64,000 bases of DNA from the NCBI GenBank assembly GCA_951406725.2, contig OX597828.1, forward strand, positions 32,984,001 to 33,048,000. The letters are read 5' to 3'. The notes under the pieces were generated by a model. The model saw only the letters and a program-made list of their open reading frames with translations. It was not told the DNA's origin and searched no databases. The position numbers and the translations under genes were made by a program. Positions 27,601 to 41,989 of this stretch are shown piece by piece. Source of the DNA: Octopus vulgaris. Lineage: Eukaryota. Each line of letters begins with the position of its first letter. The first letter of the stretch is position 1.

Positions 27601-28384
27601 TTCAATTGTGTATGTTAAGAGGATTATCCGTCTTGACTTCGGCAGAGAGGACGAAGAAAGGTGTGTCTACTATAATTATTTTTTTCTTACCATTGCCTTA
27701 CTTCGCCGAAAGCTCCACAACACCGAACAGGAACAATCAGCCAAAATCAAACTGTTTATATCAGGTGTACAATGATGAGCTTATTTTTTTTATTAATCAA
27801 ATCTACATTTTCTTTCCTCTCACTTGAATGGGTATTTGGAGAAGCAACTAAGAATTGTACTTTTTTTCCACCAAATTGCTCTTCTCTCATTGAAATGGTC
27901 TTGTTCCAGCTTAGTGTCTGCTTGAAAATAATCACATTGAATTTTTGCATCAGGTTTCTACTATTTCCTATGGTTCATTAAGTTATTCTAAAGTACATTC
28001 CTGATTAAATCGAAATCTTACTTAATACGAGTCTCTATATTTCTATTACTTGCTTGTCAACATTAATTTGTGCCATCATCGCTCTCGGCAGAAAAAAAAA
28101 TAATGAAATGTAAGAACTCAGTTGGTATAACGTCCTTAAAATTGCTTTCGGTACTTGTTAATTACGTATGATTTACATTGCCATAGAATTACTTGAAAAA
28201 TCATAATGAAATGAAGATTAACAGTTTGGGGAGTTGTTCATGTAATGTTATACTAAGCGAGTCTAAAAATGTAGGCAACATCCTGATTAGGCATTATTAA
28301 ACCACTTGCCCTGAGTTATGTCTTTGGCCAATAAGCCGATGTATACTTGATCTTATTTAGTCATATTATAGCTGAAGGATAGGA

Positions 28385-28620
28385 TTTTGTTTCTTTATTA
28401 CCCACAAGGGGCTAAACATAGAGGGGACAAACAAGGACAGACAAACGGATTAAGTCGATTACATCGACCCCCAGTGCGTAACTGGTACTTAATTTATCGA
28501 CCCCGAAAGGATGAAAGGCAAAGTCGACCTCGGCGGGATTTGAACTCAGAACGTAGCGACAGGCGAGATACCGCGAAGCACTTCGCCCGGTGTGCTAACG
28601 TCTCTGCCAGCTCGCCGCCA
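28385..28620 (-). mobile_element. Well-preserved SINE family A
   Basis: ccccgaaaggatgaaaggcaaagtcgacctcggcgggatttgaactcagaacgtagcg...ctgccagctcgccgcc. Confidence 0.92.
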
Positions 28621-29535
28621 ATGATAGGATAGGATTGCGATACACTAACTCTCTTTGCTGCTGTTAAATTTAATTTATTAAAGTGAATTACTGAAACGTT
28701 ATACTTTAATCGAGTTGTTATATTTGTTTTAGAGAATGAGACTGAGTGGTAAGGAATAGGGAATTCAGTACAAAATACATTATAGAATTAAGTTTGATGT
28801 ATTTATTTTATTTTCAAATTTCAAATCTCGCTGAATTCAACTTTGGTCTTTCATCCCTCGGTATTTGAATATTAACAAATGCATCGTTAACATATTGATA
28901 TTGATCAAAGCAATTATTAATAATACTCACCGAATTATCATTATTATTGAAGCAAAGTAGAAGAAAAAGGCTAGAGTAGCGTTCAATATTCCGCTTCGTC
29001 ACTCTTACTGTAGAGTCTCGTGTGACCAAAAAAGACAGCTCTACAAATTCTTGCTAAATAACCACCACAAATGATTAGTCTATAAGGATCAAATGTACCT
29101 TCATTGCATTAGCTCACTCCCTCCATTGAATTGATCTTGCCTGAACAAGTAATTAAAGAAGTGAGTCATATTGTCTTTATCTTTTCTCTATCTTCCTCTC
29201 TATTGACTCAAGATGTTACGTTTATATAATTAAACGCAGCGCGTTTCATATTTGATATTTTTAATCTTATATATCTATATATCGCAAAAGTGTTTGTATC
29301 TATGCTTTTGGGCTTCACTACTATAGCGTAATAGATTGATTCGTTGAAATATAAATAAACCGTAGAGATCGTTCTAAATCGAATAGAGATGGAGATAGAT
29401 TAAAGAAATGACAGTAAATAGATAACGCCATATACGTACACACACACACACAAATAGATAATATTGGACAATAAATCGTATGGTATACATCTGGTGTGTA
29501 TGCGTATATATGTATGTATATATATATATATATAT

Positions 29536-29600
<65 letters not shown>

Positions 29601-29926
29601 GGGAGTATGGCTCCATAGGGAGTATGGCTCCAAACTTACAGGGGAAAATTAGATTTAGGATTAAATTAAATTTCACAAAGGCCAGCTGTACATACGTATG
29701 GACGATATGCTCAAAAGCATTATTGCAATTCGTTTCTTTGTCCTGATCATCACAACCGATGTTGTGAATTTTAAATGTCTTCCTAGTATGAAAGTTGTTC
29801 AACTTATTTTGTGTCCATTTTTCTCAAGAAGTTATAGAATTCCTGCTTTTGTTTTTAAATTTTTCTCTTCTGCTACGAAAATAATATTTCCTCATCAGTG
29901 TTGACTCAACAATGAAAGCCATTTTC

Positions 29927-30505
29927 AGGCGGCGAGCTGGCAGAAACGTTGGCACGCTGGGTGAAATGCCTAGCGGAATTTCGTCTGCCGCTACGTTCTG
30001 AGTTCAAATTCTGCCGAAGTTGACTTTGCCTTTCATCCTTTCGGGGTCAATTAAATAAGTACCAGTTACGCACTGGGGTCGATAAAATCGACTTAATACC
30101 TATGTCTGTCCTTGTTTGTCCCCTCTGTGTTTAGCCCCTTGTGGGTAATAAAGAAATAGGTATTTAGTTTGCCGCTACGTTCTGAGTTCAAATTCCGCCG
30201 AAGTTGACTTTGCCTTTCATACTTTCGGGGTCGATTAAATAAGTACCAGTTACGCACTGGATCGATAAAATCGACTTAATCCGTTTGTCTGTCCTTGTTT
30301 GTCCCCTCTGTATTTAGCCCCTTGTGGGTTGTAAAGAAATAGGTATTTCTTATGTCTTTACGTTCTGAGTTCAAATTCCGCCGAGGTCGACTTTGCCTTT
30401 CCTCCTTTCGGGGTCGATAACTTAAGTGCCAGTTGCGTACTGGGGTCCATCTAATTGATTAGCTTCCTCCCCAAAAATGTCGGGCCTTGTGCTTAGAGTA
30501 AAACA
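29927..30505 (+). mobile_element. SINE family A with internal tandem triplication (~183-bp period)
   Basis: One head aggcggcgagctggcagaaacg; tacgttctgagttcaaatt...cggggtc body recurs at about 29992, 30176, 30359. Confidence 0.9.
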
Positions 30506-30943
30506 ATAAATCCAAAGCCATTTCGTTACATTCGTATCTTTGTTAGCATTCTGCTTTTAAGTACATATCAAATTGATTGTAATCCATGCGAATTATACGA
30601 CCTACTCTATAAATGCAGTTCAAATACAGGTCGTTGGTTAAGGAAGGAATTGGATATATCAGTCTTAGATTGATATTTGATATAAATAAATTACCACGAG
30701 GTTATAATGAGGGGGAAGACACACATATATATATATATATATATAGGATCAGGGCCGAGTAATTAATCAGTGCTTTATACCAATGGCCTATAAATCTGAA
30801 ATGCAAAGTTGTCCCTAACCGGTCTTCAACCCAACTTATTAAGCGAGCGATTTTTGTACTTCTATCAGTCCTTTTCTGTTTCTGCCAATTCATCGCCTTT
30901 CCCCTTTCTTGTTCTTTTTGTCTTACATATATTTTATATTTTA

Positions 30944-31455
30944 CTAGCAGTATCGCCCGGCGTTGCTCGGGTTTGTAAGGGAAATAACTATATAAGCATT
31001 TTTAGAGAGTTACTTCCCTTATAGATGCCAATTCGGGCTTTCTTAGCCATTTCTGTTTTGGTGTCTTCAAGCCATGAAGTCGTTGTTCTAAAAGAACGCT
31101 GTCTCCTTGACAACGCATTACGACGTTGATTTCCTTAAACTCCCTTCCCCACAGCTTCACGAGGGAGGGAAGAAGGGGGAGAAGCAAACAGGTGCAGGTG
31201 TGACCATGGACGCCAACTCCGCCGCCATCGACACACGAAAAATTATGCATTAAAATGGAATAAAAGATGATGTTAAATTATTTTTAAAATTGTAGACTCA
31301 TCGTAGACGCGCGCTAATACTCAGACGAGCTTGATATGAATCACGACTATAAGATACCCGAATTTGGTTAAACTGCACCGCAAAATGTGGGAGTAGGTAG
31401 GAATCTAAATCGAAGGGGACAGACACTCACACAACTACAGTTTTATATATATAGA
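30944..31455 (-). mobile_element. Complete non-autonomous Helitron (512 bp)
   Basis: Minus strand begins A|TCTATATATATAAAA and ends CTAG|T, with a GC hairpin cccgagcaacgccggg 8 nt before CTAG; no target-site duplication. Confidence 0.88.
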
Positions 31456-31469
31456 TTTGTGTCTCGGGT

Positions 31470-32230
31470 GGCGGCGATGCTGGGGCAACCCCTTGAAGGG
31501 TTTTAGTCGATCAAATCAACTCCAGTACTATTTTTTTATAAGCCTAATGCTTATTACACTGGAGTCTTATTGCCGAACCACTAAGTTATGTGGGATATCG
31601 GCAAACCAACATTAGTTGTCACGTGGTAGTGGTGGGGAGAATGGACAACTACAAACACAAAGAAACCCACATACATGTGTGTACGTATATGTATGTGTGT
31701 GTATGTGTATGTTTCTGAATATGTGTATATTTGTGTGTGCATGTTTGTGTGGCGCATTAAGTCCTCGATCAAGCGATTATATTCCACGTTGCTCACGTCC
31801 ACTCAGGTATATTTCAACGTAGTCTCCGTATTTCAGAGGCACAGTCTTGTCACACTGTGTGCCATACTGAGTCTCCTTGAGAACTATTTTAAGGATAGGC
31901 TTACCTGTAGAGTGTTTAGTCACATGCAATTTAATGTCATGCACAGGTTTGATTGTTTGTGAACTGGAACACGCATCGTCGAAAACGACGCAGTACCTGT
32001 CTTATATACATGCATGTGTGTGTTTGTGTATGCGTGCATGTGTGTGACAGGCTTCTTCCAGTTTCAGTTCCTTTCAGTGACAGGCTTCTTTCAGTCAGCC
32101 AATTCCATCCACAAGACTTCGTTGGCCTGTAGTAGAAGACAATTGCCTGAGGTACCACGCAATAGGACTGAACTTGAAGCCCACATGGCTGAAAAGTGAG
32201 TTTCGTAACGACATGCCCATGTCTGCGCCT
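31470..32230. mobile_element. Cluster of decayed SINE pieces (family B minus: 31470-31670 and 32050-32230; another SINE tail plus: 31820-31990)
   Basis: atgctggggc...ttttagtcga...tgccgaaccactaagtta; tagtagaagacaattgcctgaggtaccacgcaataggactgaac; ttgtcacactgtgtgccatactgagtctccttgagaacta matches 60075-60115. Confidence 0.65.
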
Positions 32231-34076
32231 ATAAATGAGAGATATTGTTTACTTCTTCGCATCAGGACGCTATCTACGAATATGTTTGTTTACTGAAATA
32301 ATCTACGCATGCAAATATCGGACGTGTTCATCGGTTAAGCTAGGTTATCTGTCATAAATTGATGAGAAAGTATTGGATAGCTACCGAGACCGAGAGAGTT
32401 AGAGAGAGAGAAAGAGAGAGAGAGAGAGACAGAGCGATAGTAAATGTAAGGAAGTCAGGTATGAAAGAAACAGGGGGAGATAAACACTTACAACAACAAC
32501 AAAAAGATATTACTATTATCAAAATCAAGCATTCATAATTATATATGCACTGGAGATACGAACACACGAAATTTAGATCAGAAATTGTACAAGTTAGTGA
32601 AGGAAAGAAAAGCGACGTTAACTAATGTGATTACATATACAATACGATAAAATACATATAAAATGCGATAAAATAGTTATTGAAATGGATTTCTCAGTTA
32701 ACAACTGCAAGATGCGTCAACCTGTCGCCCATTCTAACTTCTTTATTCAGCTTTGACGTTTCCAGTGATAAGACAATATCATGTCTTGGACGGGAAATAT
32801 TTTTTTTTCTTATATTTTTCATTTGTGTGTTTGCATTTCTTTATCCAAATCGAGTTAAACTCAAGCTTTTTTTTTATTTATATATATATTTTTTCACATT
32901 TTTTATTTATTTATTTATTTCAACTGTTTACCATTATTTCTCTCTCTCTCTCTCTTTGTTTTCAGTATTTTAATTTTTTGTTGTTTTTGTTGTTATTGAT
33001 GACGATGATGACGATGATGATGATGATGACTTTGCTAAGTTGTTTTTGTTTCTATTTTATTTTATAATTTTTTTTTTTGGCTTGTTTAGATTGTGTTTAC
33101 TTGTTTATTGCTTCTTTTTGAGTATTTATTTGCAAAGATCAGAATCTAGTATTTGTTTGTCAATGTTCGAACGTGTTACTTTAAACTTTTATCTCACTTT
33201 TATACAGATTTATATTATTCTCTGCAAACTCTTATTCCTTTTCGCATATTTTTATTTACTCGCCTTTCTGTTGTTTTTTTTTTCTATCAAGCGGGAGTTC
33301 TCTTTATATCATCAAATAAACGACGAGCTCCATGAAATTACATACGCTTTCGGTTCAAAAGTTAAACATAACTATTGCTTATTCCTGTGAAATTGATGAT
33401 ATTTTACAAAGAATTTCCCGTATTCTTTTCAAATTTTCAAAATAGCATGACTCCGCATATCACACGTTCAAAGGAGGCATCTTACCATAAAAAAATGTAT
33501 GTAGAGACAGAAGCAAATGAAACGTTCACTAACAAATATGCATCTATATGTGCGTGTGTGTGTATGTGTGTGTATGTGTGTGTGTGTATGTGTGTTATAT
33601 CAAACACTTATTTGAAGTTGCTAAAAATAAAATGGCGGTGACATCTACAACGCCGGTGACACGACGCCAACGATCGATATGACGATTATGTGGTGCGATA
33701 AGGATTACTAAAACTCACAAAAGAACGCGGATTTTCGACCTAGAATCAGTTATTTTTGCTCATTTTATTGGCTTCCGATTACTGAACAGCAGCGATGACT
33801 TCGTTCAGAATAATGGAAAACAAAATCCTACGAAATGAAACCAAAATGTTGCGCCCGTCCATTGCAGTAAAAAAATTCCAATTCTTGTATAAACTTCCCA
33901 TTCAAGAATATAATTGATTCAGCCGAATCATCACGTGTATTGCAGGTAAATATGTTATACTTTGTATTGCAGTAATAATTAATAATAGTCGTTTCCAGTG
34001 GTGTGTGATATTGAAGTGCTGCGGTGTGTAGTACATCGCTGCAATATTTCTGTCTCTTCACCGATGAATGATTTCA

Positions 34077-34307
34077 CAATGGTCACAATGCGCTTCGCAT
34101 TATTCTAGCCTTCAAATGACGCCAACAGAAGAAAGAGCTACAGAAAGTGGCGAAAGAGTACAGCAGGGATCGCCACCACCCCCTGTCGGAGCTCGTGGAG
34201 CTTTAGGTGTTTTCGCTCAATAAACACTCACAACACCCGGTCTGGGAATCGAAACCGCGATCCTACAACCGCGAGTCCGCTGCCCTAACCACTAGGCCAT
34301 TGCGCCT

Positions 34308-34309
<2 letters not shown>
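34077..34309 (-). mobile_element. tRNA-derived SINE family C
   Basis: Reverse complement of the 25541-25800 element; head tggaggcgcaatggcctagtggttagggcagcggactcgcggttgtaggatcgcggtttcgattcccagaccggg. Confidence 0.88.
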
Positions 34310-34363
<54 letters not shown>

Positions 34364-34376
34364 ATAAAGGGATAAA

Positions 34377-34468
<92 letters not shown>

Positions 34469-34999
34469 GGCAATAATATTACCAGTGGCATACATGCAAT
34501 TCAAACCACAGATGTAAGAATTAATATAGACCTATCATAATAAGCATTTCGGGTGTAGGCATAATCCAAAGATTTGCAGAGAGACAGCAATATATTACAT
34601 CGACGCTTCAAAGGGAGCTGAGTTGATTTATCAAGACTTGAGAGACGAACGTCAATGTTGACTACGTTATGATCGGAATTCAAAACCTAATGACAGTAAA
34701 ATAGTATTATGTCTTTGTAGTATTAGCACGTGACCACAGGTTTTGTCTTTCAACCCATGTACTAAACTACCCATAATTTAAGAATGGCAAAATGACGACA
34801 TCAGTGGGATTTGAACTAACAATACACAGTGACAACTAAGTACTGAATACGCTCCTCTATCATCTTTCAATCAGCTAGTAATAATTTGAACGTAAAGATG
34901 AACAAAAAGAAAGTAAAAATGGAGGAAATGCTGCGAAGCACTTTGTTCGCCGCGCTGATTCTTACAGCTAACTACTTTGCACTCATCCAGGAATATTGA

Positions 35000-35400
35000 T
35001 TTCAAACTCTGGCTCAAAACTTGTCAATTTTACAGGAAGGGGATTAGTCGATACCAAGTACTTTACCGGTATCGACTTTACTTTATTTTGATCAAACTCG
35101 AAAGGACCGAAGGCGAAGTGGCCACAGCGGACTTTGGACTCGGAACATTAGGGAAGAAATCGCAAAAAACAATATTTCGATGCCCCAATAGTTTTGCAAT
35201 CTCTCTACCTTAAATAAGTTTGTAACACTGATTTTAAATTTTGACACAAAGCTAGCAATTTCGGGGAAGTTATGCTATTTGACGGGCCCTGGATATTGAA
35301 GGTAAGACTTAGCAGCGGTGGGATTTGAAACTGAAACGTATAAGCAAGTAATTAAATAGTCTACGCCACATTATTGGACGCTCTATTGACTCGCACACTC
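35000..35400 (-). mobile_element. Two old SINE family A remnants
   Basis: ggattagtcgat...cgaaagg...aaggcgaagtggcc and ttttgacacaaagctagcaatttcggggaag...gcggtgggatttgaa. Confidence 0.55.
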
Positions 35401-36269
35401 TTAAGACGCTTCGTAATATTCATTGAAATACACAAAGACTAAGTCGTTGCTTTGGTTTTCTTTGTTCGCTCAATGAGATTCTTCAATAAACGATATTGAT
35501 AAAGAGAGCGCATATTTACATCAGATACGTTAGGTGTATATTTGTCTCTGTCTCTACTTTCTTTAAAACTCGATAATTGCAATCGAAAACAATAGCATCA
35601 TTGAATGCATAACAATTCATTAGATATAAAGCCTTAGGAAAGAAAATTTAGTGTCTTGGATTCCACATGAAATAAATATGTCGCCAACAAAAGGATGCGA
35701 TGCGAAGAATTTAAACTTTCCTAGTCATAGAATAACAAAATATTATCATTGTAGTGTGAGTGAGAGGAGAATAAAGATAACTGACTCACAAATACGGGTT
35801 GTTTACAAGGCAGCTGAAAATGTTTGTGCTACAGGCAGAACTGTGCGCACAGAACCAATAACGGGGTTTCTATAGCACCTCGGAGAGAACGTTTATTCTT
35901 AATCAAGAATATACTTAACTTCATTTCCGTCAATGTCATCCGATCTTAATATAACTATAGGAGCTGACACGGCAATGCAGTTAAGAAACTCGCCTCTGCA
36001 AAGGCGAGGATTCAAGTTCAATCCCATTCAACGGCACCTACGGCAAGTGTTTTCTTCTATAGCCTTGGTCCGATTAATGTCTTCGAAGATAAAAACAGGG
36101 CTAAAGGCAAAAATACAGGAAAATGTGTAAAAAAACAATGAGTTGAGTAAAACACGTTTATATACGCACATACACGCATGCTCGCACACACGCACACATC
36201 TGTATACGCAGATACCCGCACACACGCACACATCCACACCCGCGCACAAAGGATAGCTTTAATGTAGAT

Positions 36270-37075
36270 CTATTAAATATAGAGTAATGTTTATGTTTAC
36301 AAGGGAAGTTGGAGTCCAATATATGTAAAAAGAATTTACTAATTTCTTAACGTTTAGTGAGAAGGGATGTGTATACCATAAAATAGAGCGTCCACAGCCG
36401 TTTTTTTGTGGGGATTGCTTAGGGTTAGTGTTATCTATATTTGTAGAAATTACAGTCGGGTAACATGGTCCGTTATTGTTAGCTGTTTTAGCTTTTGACA
36501 TAATGTTATACGTGTGCGTGTGGGGTCTAAGTTGTCTAAATCTGGGTTTTCCCGGGGTTCTAGTATTGTGTATGTGTGGTCTGTTGTGATTCTGGTGGTT
36601 GGCATGTCGTTATGATATGATCTCAGATATACGTTGTTTGAGCCTAGTATTAGGGATGTATTCTATTTGTTGGGAGAAGCCGCTGGCAGCAATCGCTTTG
36701 TTGTAATATGGGGCGTGGTTATTGACTATTTACGCAGATATACGTAATGTCAGATATACGAATTAAGATACCCTTCATTATGTTATCAAAGGTGGATTTG
36801 TGGTGATTAGAATTCATTTTTAAGTACTTAAGGTATTGGTTAGGTTTGGGATATGGGGAGTATTGGGAGGTTTCTAAGCTTAAAGCTACGTCTAAAAAAT
36901 CAATGATTCGGTGGGAATTTTCAAAAGTAATAGATACGATGAGGCTAGAGAAAAATTTGTGCAGATCTTTCCTACCTAGTTCTAAAGAGGATTTATTTAC
37001 GCTTTTAATGACTAGCAAGGTGTCATCTCTCTAGATGCTTCCCTTGATTTTAGGGAAATGTATTTAGAGTTGCCG
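36270..37075 (-). mobile_element. Decayed Penelope-like element reverse transcriptase (C-terminal half)
   Basis: *RDDTLLVI (YRDD motif), IDFLDVALSL, YSPYPKPNQYLKYLKMNSNH, KGILIRIS, HAPYYNKAIAASGF, RSILWYTHPFSLNVK are characteristic PLE RT/thumb motifs. Confidence 0.85.
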
Positions 37076-37149
37076 GAGTATACATATACACGCAGAGAGA
37101 TAGAGAGAGAGTGACGGAGAGAGAGGCAGAGACAGTCAGACAAATAGAC

Positions 37150-37229
<80 letters not shown>

Positions 37230-37237
37230 GGATAGAT

Positions 37238-37331
<94 letters not shown>

Positions 37332-37428
37332 GTTTAAGCATAAATGTTAAGTAGAAATATTCAAATTAAAATTCAGAAAATGGAGATGTAGCATTAATAA
37401 ACTATTTTAACTGCAAAAATTCAACATA

Positions 37429-37513
37429 TTCTCTTACAGCTGTTTCGATTTTGCCCAAAGGATTAAATTCAGTAATTAAATCATCACATTTAGCAAAATG
37501 TCATCGGAGAAAT
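37429..37513 (-). ncRNA. Degenerate type I hammerhead (PLE terminal repeat remnant)
   Basis: Minus strand: uuucu-CCGAUGA-c-auuuugc...gcaaaau-c-GAAAC-AGCU-GUA-agaga; U4C change and first stem II pair mismatched; palindromic ACAGCUGU. Confidence 0.55.
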
Positions 37514-37697
37514 AGAAAGACATACCGTTAGGTTGTTAGATGGTTTGTTTCCAAATCCTCTCAATAGACATGAGAATTTTAATTTGAATATTTATAAACC
37601 AAGATTTATACTTAAACCTATCATTTTATGAATATTACTATTCACAAACAATACAGGCAATGAACCAGTAATTCATTGGATATGTTTATGCCCTTAA

Positions 37698-37750
<53 letters not shown>

Positions 37751-39019
37751 ATGGATATATGCACATAGATAGATAAATAGATGATACATACATATATACA
37801 TATATACATACATAAATATATATGAAATCAAACACATCCAAATGCAATTTTACAACACATTACATACCACATATCTAACTTATCCTCAGATAAAATACTT
37901 CACAATGTTGCTCCCTATATGAACATAGCTCTGGATATAATTTTGAACTATACAAAACGGCCCAGACCAAATAATACCTAACCTACTAGTTAGCTCTTTA
38001 CATAATTTGAGATTTTTGGAGTCTGTGTAAAGGCTTATTGGTCTTATTTAGTGACTGAATTACCAAACACAATCTACTAATCTTTCTCATATATTTTCCA
38101 CATTGATTAGCACACGCATTTCCTTATCGAAGAGACAGCAAAGTCGTCAAAAATTACATAAATGCAGAGATTGCAATTAGTTGATAATGCGCTACATACA
38201 CTATGCTTTGGATAATACGAAATGTAAAATGTAAAGTATACTGTTTTTAATAAGCATAACATATTAGCTTTATCAGGAAAAGTCTAAATGATTACAGAGC
38301 ATCTTTTGAAATGCCAGGAACCTGACAATAATCTGAATAGTCTATTGTCTTCTACGAACTTTATAGGTGAAATAAATTTCATTTTCTCTGCACGGAGAGA
38401 TTAGTGGCATATAGCTAGTTATTGTTTACAAACGCAAACACACCTAAATTAGAGCATCTAATTTGCATAATAATGAATGATCAGGTAACGTGGATAATCA
38501 ATTAATGATGCACTGTACACAGCGATGGAAATATGAAATGGGATGCAAGATATTCACCACGGGACCACGAAGAAATTGGTTTCTCAATTAATTCTCCACG
38601 TTTTCAGCGTTTGCAATGTTATGCAAAGTAGATGATTATAATTAGCAACTTATTTGTCTAATATTTCAGAATCTCCAAGAGAGTGAAAGATTGTAAAGCA
38701 TTCAAAAATTAAACCAATTTTTCTTCTACATAGTTTATCGTCTCCAAGAGAATGAACGAAGAGAAGTTCATATGATAACAGATATAAAAATAAAGGCAAG
38801 GTTATAATATTAAATTAAATTTAGGTGCTTCTTTGTTGTGTCTTGTTTACTAGATTTACCTTAATGTAGTGGTTTTTAGAAATAATAATGTTTGCTGTAA
38901 AGATAATACTAGGATACGAAAACGCCTTTTAAGAAGTTTTCCCGTACATTCCTTGTCGTAAGTATGTGTGCTACAAAGCTAATTTAAAAGATATTGTAGT
39001 GAATTATATTCAATTCCCA

Positions 39020-39680
39020 ATGACAGAATGAATTTCCAGAGATTGAAGGAGAGATTTATCGGGACGACGGACTGTTAATTATAAAATAGCTTCAATCTAA
39101 CTTCTAAGACATATCAAACTATTTACAAAATATTGCATTTTGTTCTTTAACCGACTCAGCATAGAAACAAACTATAAACGCAGCATTGAGAATCATATTT
39201 TGTTGGAGTAATTTAAGCAACAATATGTACTGTCATCAACGTAAACCTGATAAAAGACTACATTACATCTGCCGCTTATAACATCACCTAGAGGGGATAA
39301 AAACATGAAAACCCAATATAACAGCATAGTGGAGGAATTGATTTTCTATAAAGGAAAACCAGAATGTGTTTCTATATATTTATTCATTTTCAGTAACCGT
39401 TTCAATGTACAAGATATTAGAGTGTTAGCACATTCTAAGATTATGCAATATATTAGAAAATTGCATTGAGAAAAGCTGTATACCAAGGGAAACACCACAC
39501 ATGTAGACGATGTCAAGAGAAATCTGAACAAAATCACAAATAGGGACTTAATGTAGTGGCAACATCAACAGCTGAAATTGTTTTGAAAGAAAACAATTTC
39601 ACCAAGGCTAAATGAAATAAAACATTTTCTTACAACACTATAAAGCTCTCCTATTTAACGTCTACCCAATTTGCCTACAC
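39020..39680 (+). mobile_element. Highly decayed Penelope-like RT fragment
   Basis: EFPEIEGEIYRDDGLLIIK, YCHQRKPDKRLHYI, FSYNTIKLSY. Confidence 0.7.
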
Positions 39681-41989
39681 ATTTCCTCCCGCCAATATCC
39701 CCAACACGCATAAGCCAAAACTAGCTAGTAGATTCACGAAAATATTTAAAAAAACACTTCCCTAATGTCTGCTCTCTGACGTTGACCAGGCGTTATAAAG
39801 CCATAGACAATGGCCTGCACATTCTATAATATAGTGCATAGGGCATGATCATTCACATATTCTGGTTATAAAGAATTTACCGTCTCAATAGTAATACAAT
39901 AGTTACTGTTCTCTGATACGCTATAGTGACAGACGTTCTCTACATAATCCATAATGCCTTAAAAAATCCTAATTATATAACGAAATCGTTGGCATCCCCT
40001 ATTAACCTCTCTTTGTATGCATACACATACACATACAGACACACGCACACGCTTACATATATGTCTGTGTGTGTGTTTAACTTGATCTAAAATATATATT
40101 TTCCATTGTATAATATAATGCATAATTATAATCTATACAAATGTTGTATCCATGTGATTTATCTTATTTCTTTGCCCCTGAGCTTACCAGTCAATTGTTT
40201 CATGAATATTCTAAGTGTTCGGCTCTCATCCTTCGAGAAGCACTATATTCTTAGGCCGTAACTATAATCTTAGGCTCCACATTTAGACAAGAAATCCGAA
40301 ATCCTATATTATTTTTATCATGCTTATATTATATAAATAATATATTGATATATATAACGCTGATATTATTTTGATATCACAATATCTAAATAAAATTTTT
40401 AAGTTGTTCAAATTTATATCTAAACGCACAGAAAATGCATATTTCAAATGATTTCCTTAAAGGCTGGTGATACTAGGAACCGAACTTTCAAATAATCTGT
40501 CTACTGAAGAATACATGACAATGAATTAGCAAAATATAATTTGTTTCCCTCCTTTTTCATTCTTTTGTCGCGTAATCTTTCTTTCTTATGTCTATTGTTA
40601 CATACTTCACTTATTCCTACTATCACCATCTGACAGCTTCCCTTTTGTTTGGGGATACTGTAAACTTTATACGGAAACAATTGACCAAACTTGTTCAATT
40701 CCTCAGAATCTCCCACGGCGGCGAGTGTAACGTGTGTACATGTGAAGAAATTATATAACTCCCAGCGTTGAGTCCTTAACAGAGTTTGTGGCTTGCTTTG
40801 TTCTTTGAACAATCATAAAGCCAACTATATGTATCTGCGTATGTGCGGTTGTGTGTATGGCAGTAGTTGTATTATATCGATTAATATATAGATATACAGA
40901 TAAATAGATGGTGAGATACATATATAATTGCTTTATCGTCTGGTACTGTTTCAAATACACATACGCACTATATTTATGTGCGAGTAAGAATGTGAGTGTA
41001 TGTGCGTTCTGTGCAAAAACAGATTGCTAAATACAGAGAAAGGGATGCTATAATGGCTGTCACTGTTTAAAGCACACACATATGCAGAAATAGATGCTCG
41101 TATATGTGTATGTGTTGGCGTATCTCTCAATAAAGGAGTCAAATATTTTATGAACACTGCAGCTAAATTTTAGTTTATTTCCTGTTATAAAGATATTTCC
41201 TGAATATGCATACACCTATCTTTTTCTCACATCACCAACAATACAGCCTTTCCTATATATCGTGTCTGACCATCGTAAATTTATAATATTTCGTAATCTT
41301 CTACTAACATCTCAAAGCTACACCAGTTTTATATACATTGTTTTTATTTCTTATACATAATAAGAACAAAAAAAAAGAAGGATAGTATTTCTTCTCGGCT
41401 CTGTCTTTCTTCTATCTCGTTAATCTCACATGCAGTTATTTATTATTTATTTGTGACGGTTCAGAAGGTTTCGACTGCTTTAAGAGAGATGGAAAGTAGA
41501 TGTAAACATAACAATAGATTCTACGTTGTATTTAATGGCGTAATGTCGGTCGGTGAGGAATAAATCCGGATTGTCAACTTGGAGCATAAAACTATGAATA
41601 ATTGTCTTCTTTCAATGGACGGCGTCTCAAAGATACTTCACAATAACGTTGCCAAGAATTTCCTCTAAGAGTAGGCGAGGAAGGACACGCTAGCTTTGCT
41701 ATAAAGAAGTTTAAGTTTCGGGGAATTACAAGTAAACTATGTCTGTAATTTTGACTTATTTAGTCAAGTACACATTTTAATATAGCCAAGATGTTTGTAA
41801 CGCTAAACGTTAATGTGGTTTATAGAGTAGCATACAAAAGAGAAGGCAAACTAATCTACCAAACTATTCTGAAGTTAGAGTTGAACACGAAGTCTATATT
41901 GCATATTGGGATGACGCCAATTTGATATAAGCATACATACACTCACAGAAGCATCCACAAATACACACGCGTGTATTTCTCTTAAGCCC

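Noticed and set aside
27036-27827. 263-aa poly-Asp ORF resembling an acidic biomineralisation protein
   Set aside because: Starts inside an antisense SINE, lacks a signal peptide, and is a (GAT)n microsatellite like others in the window
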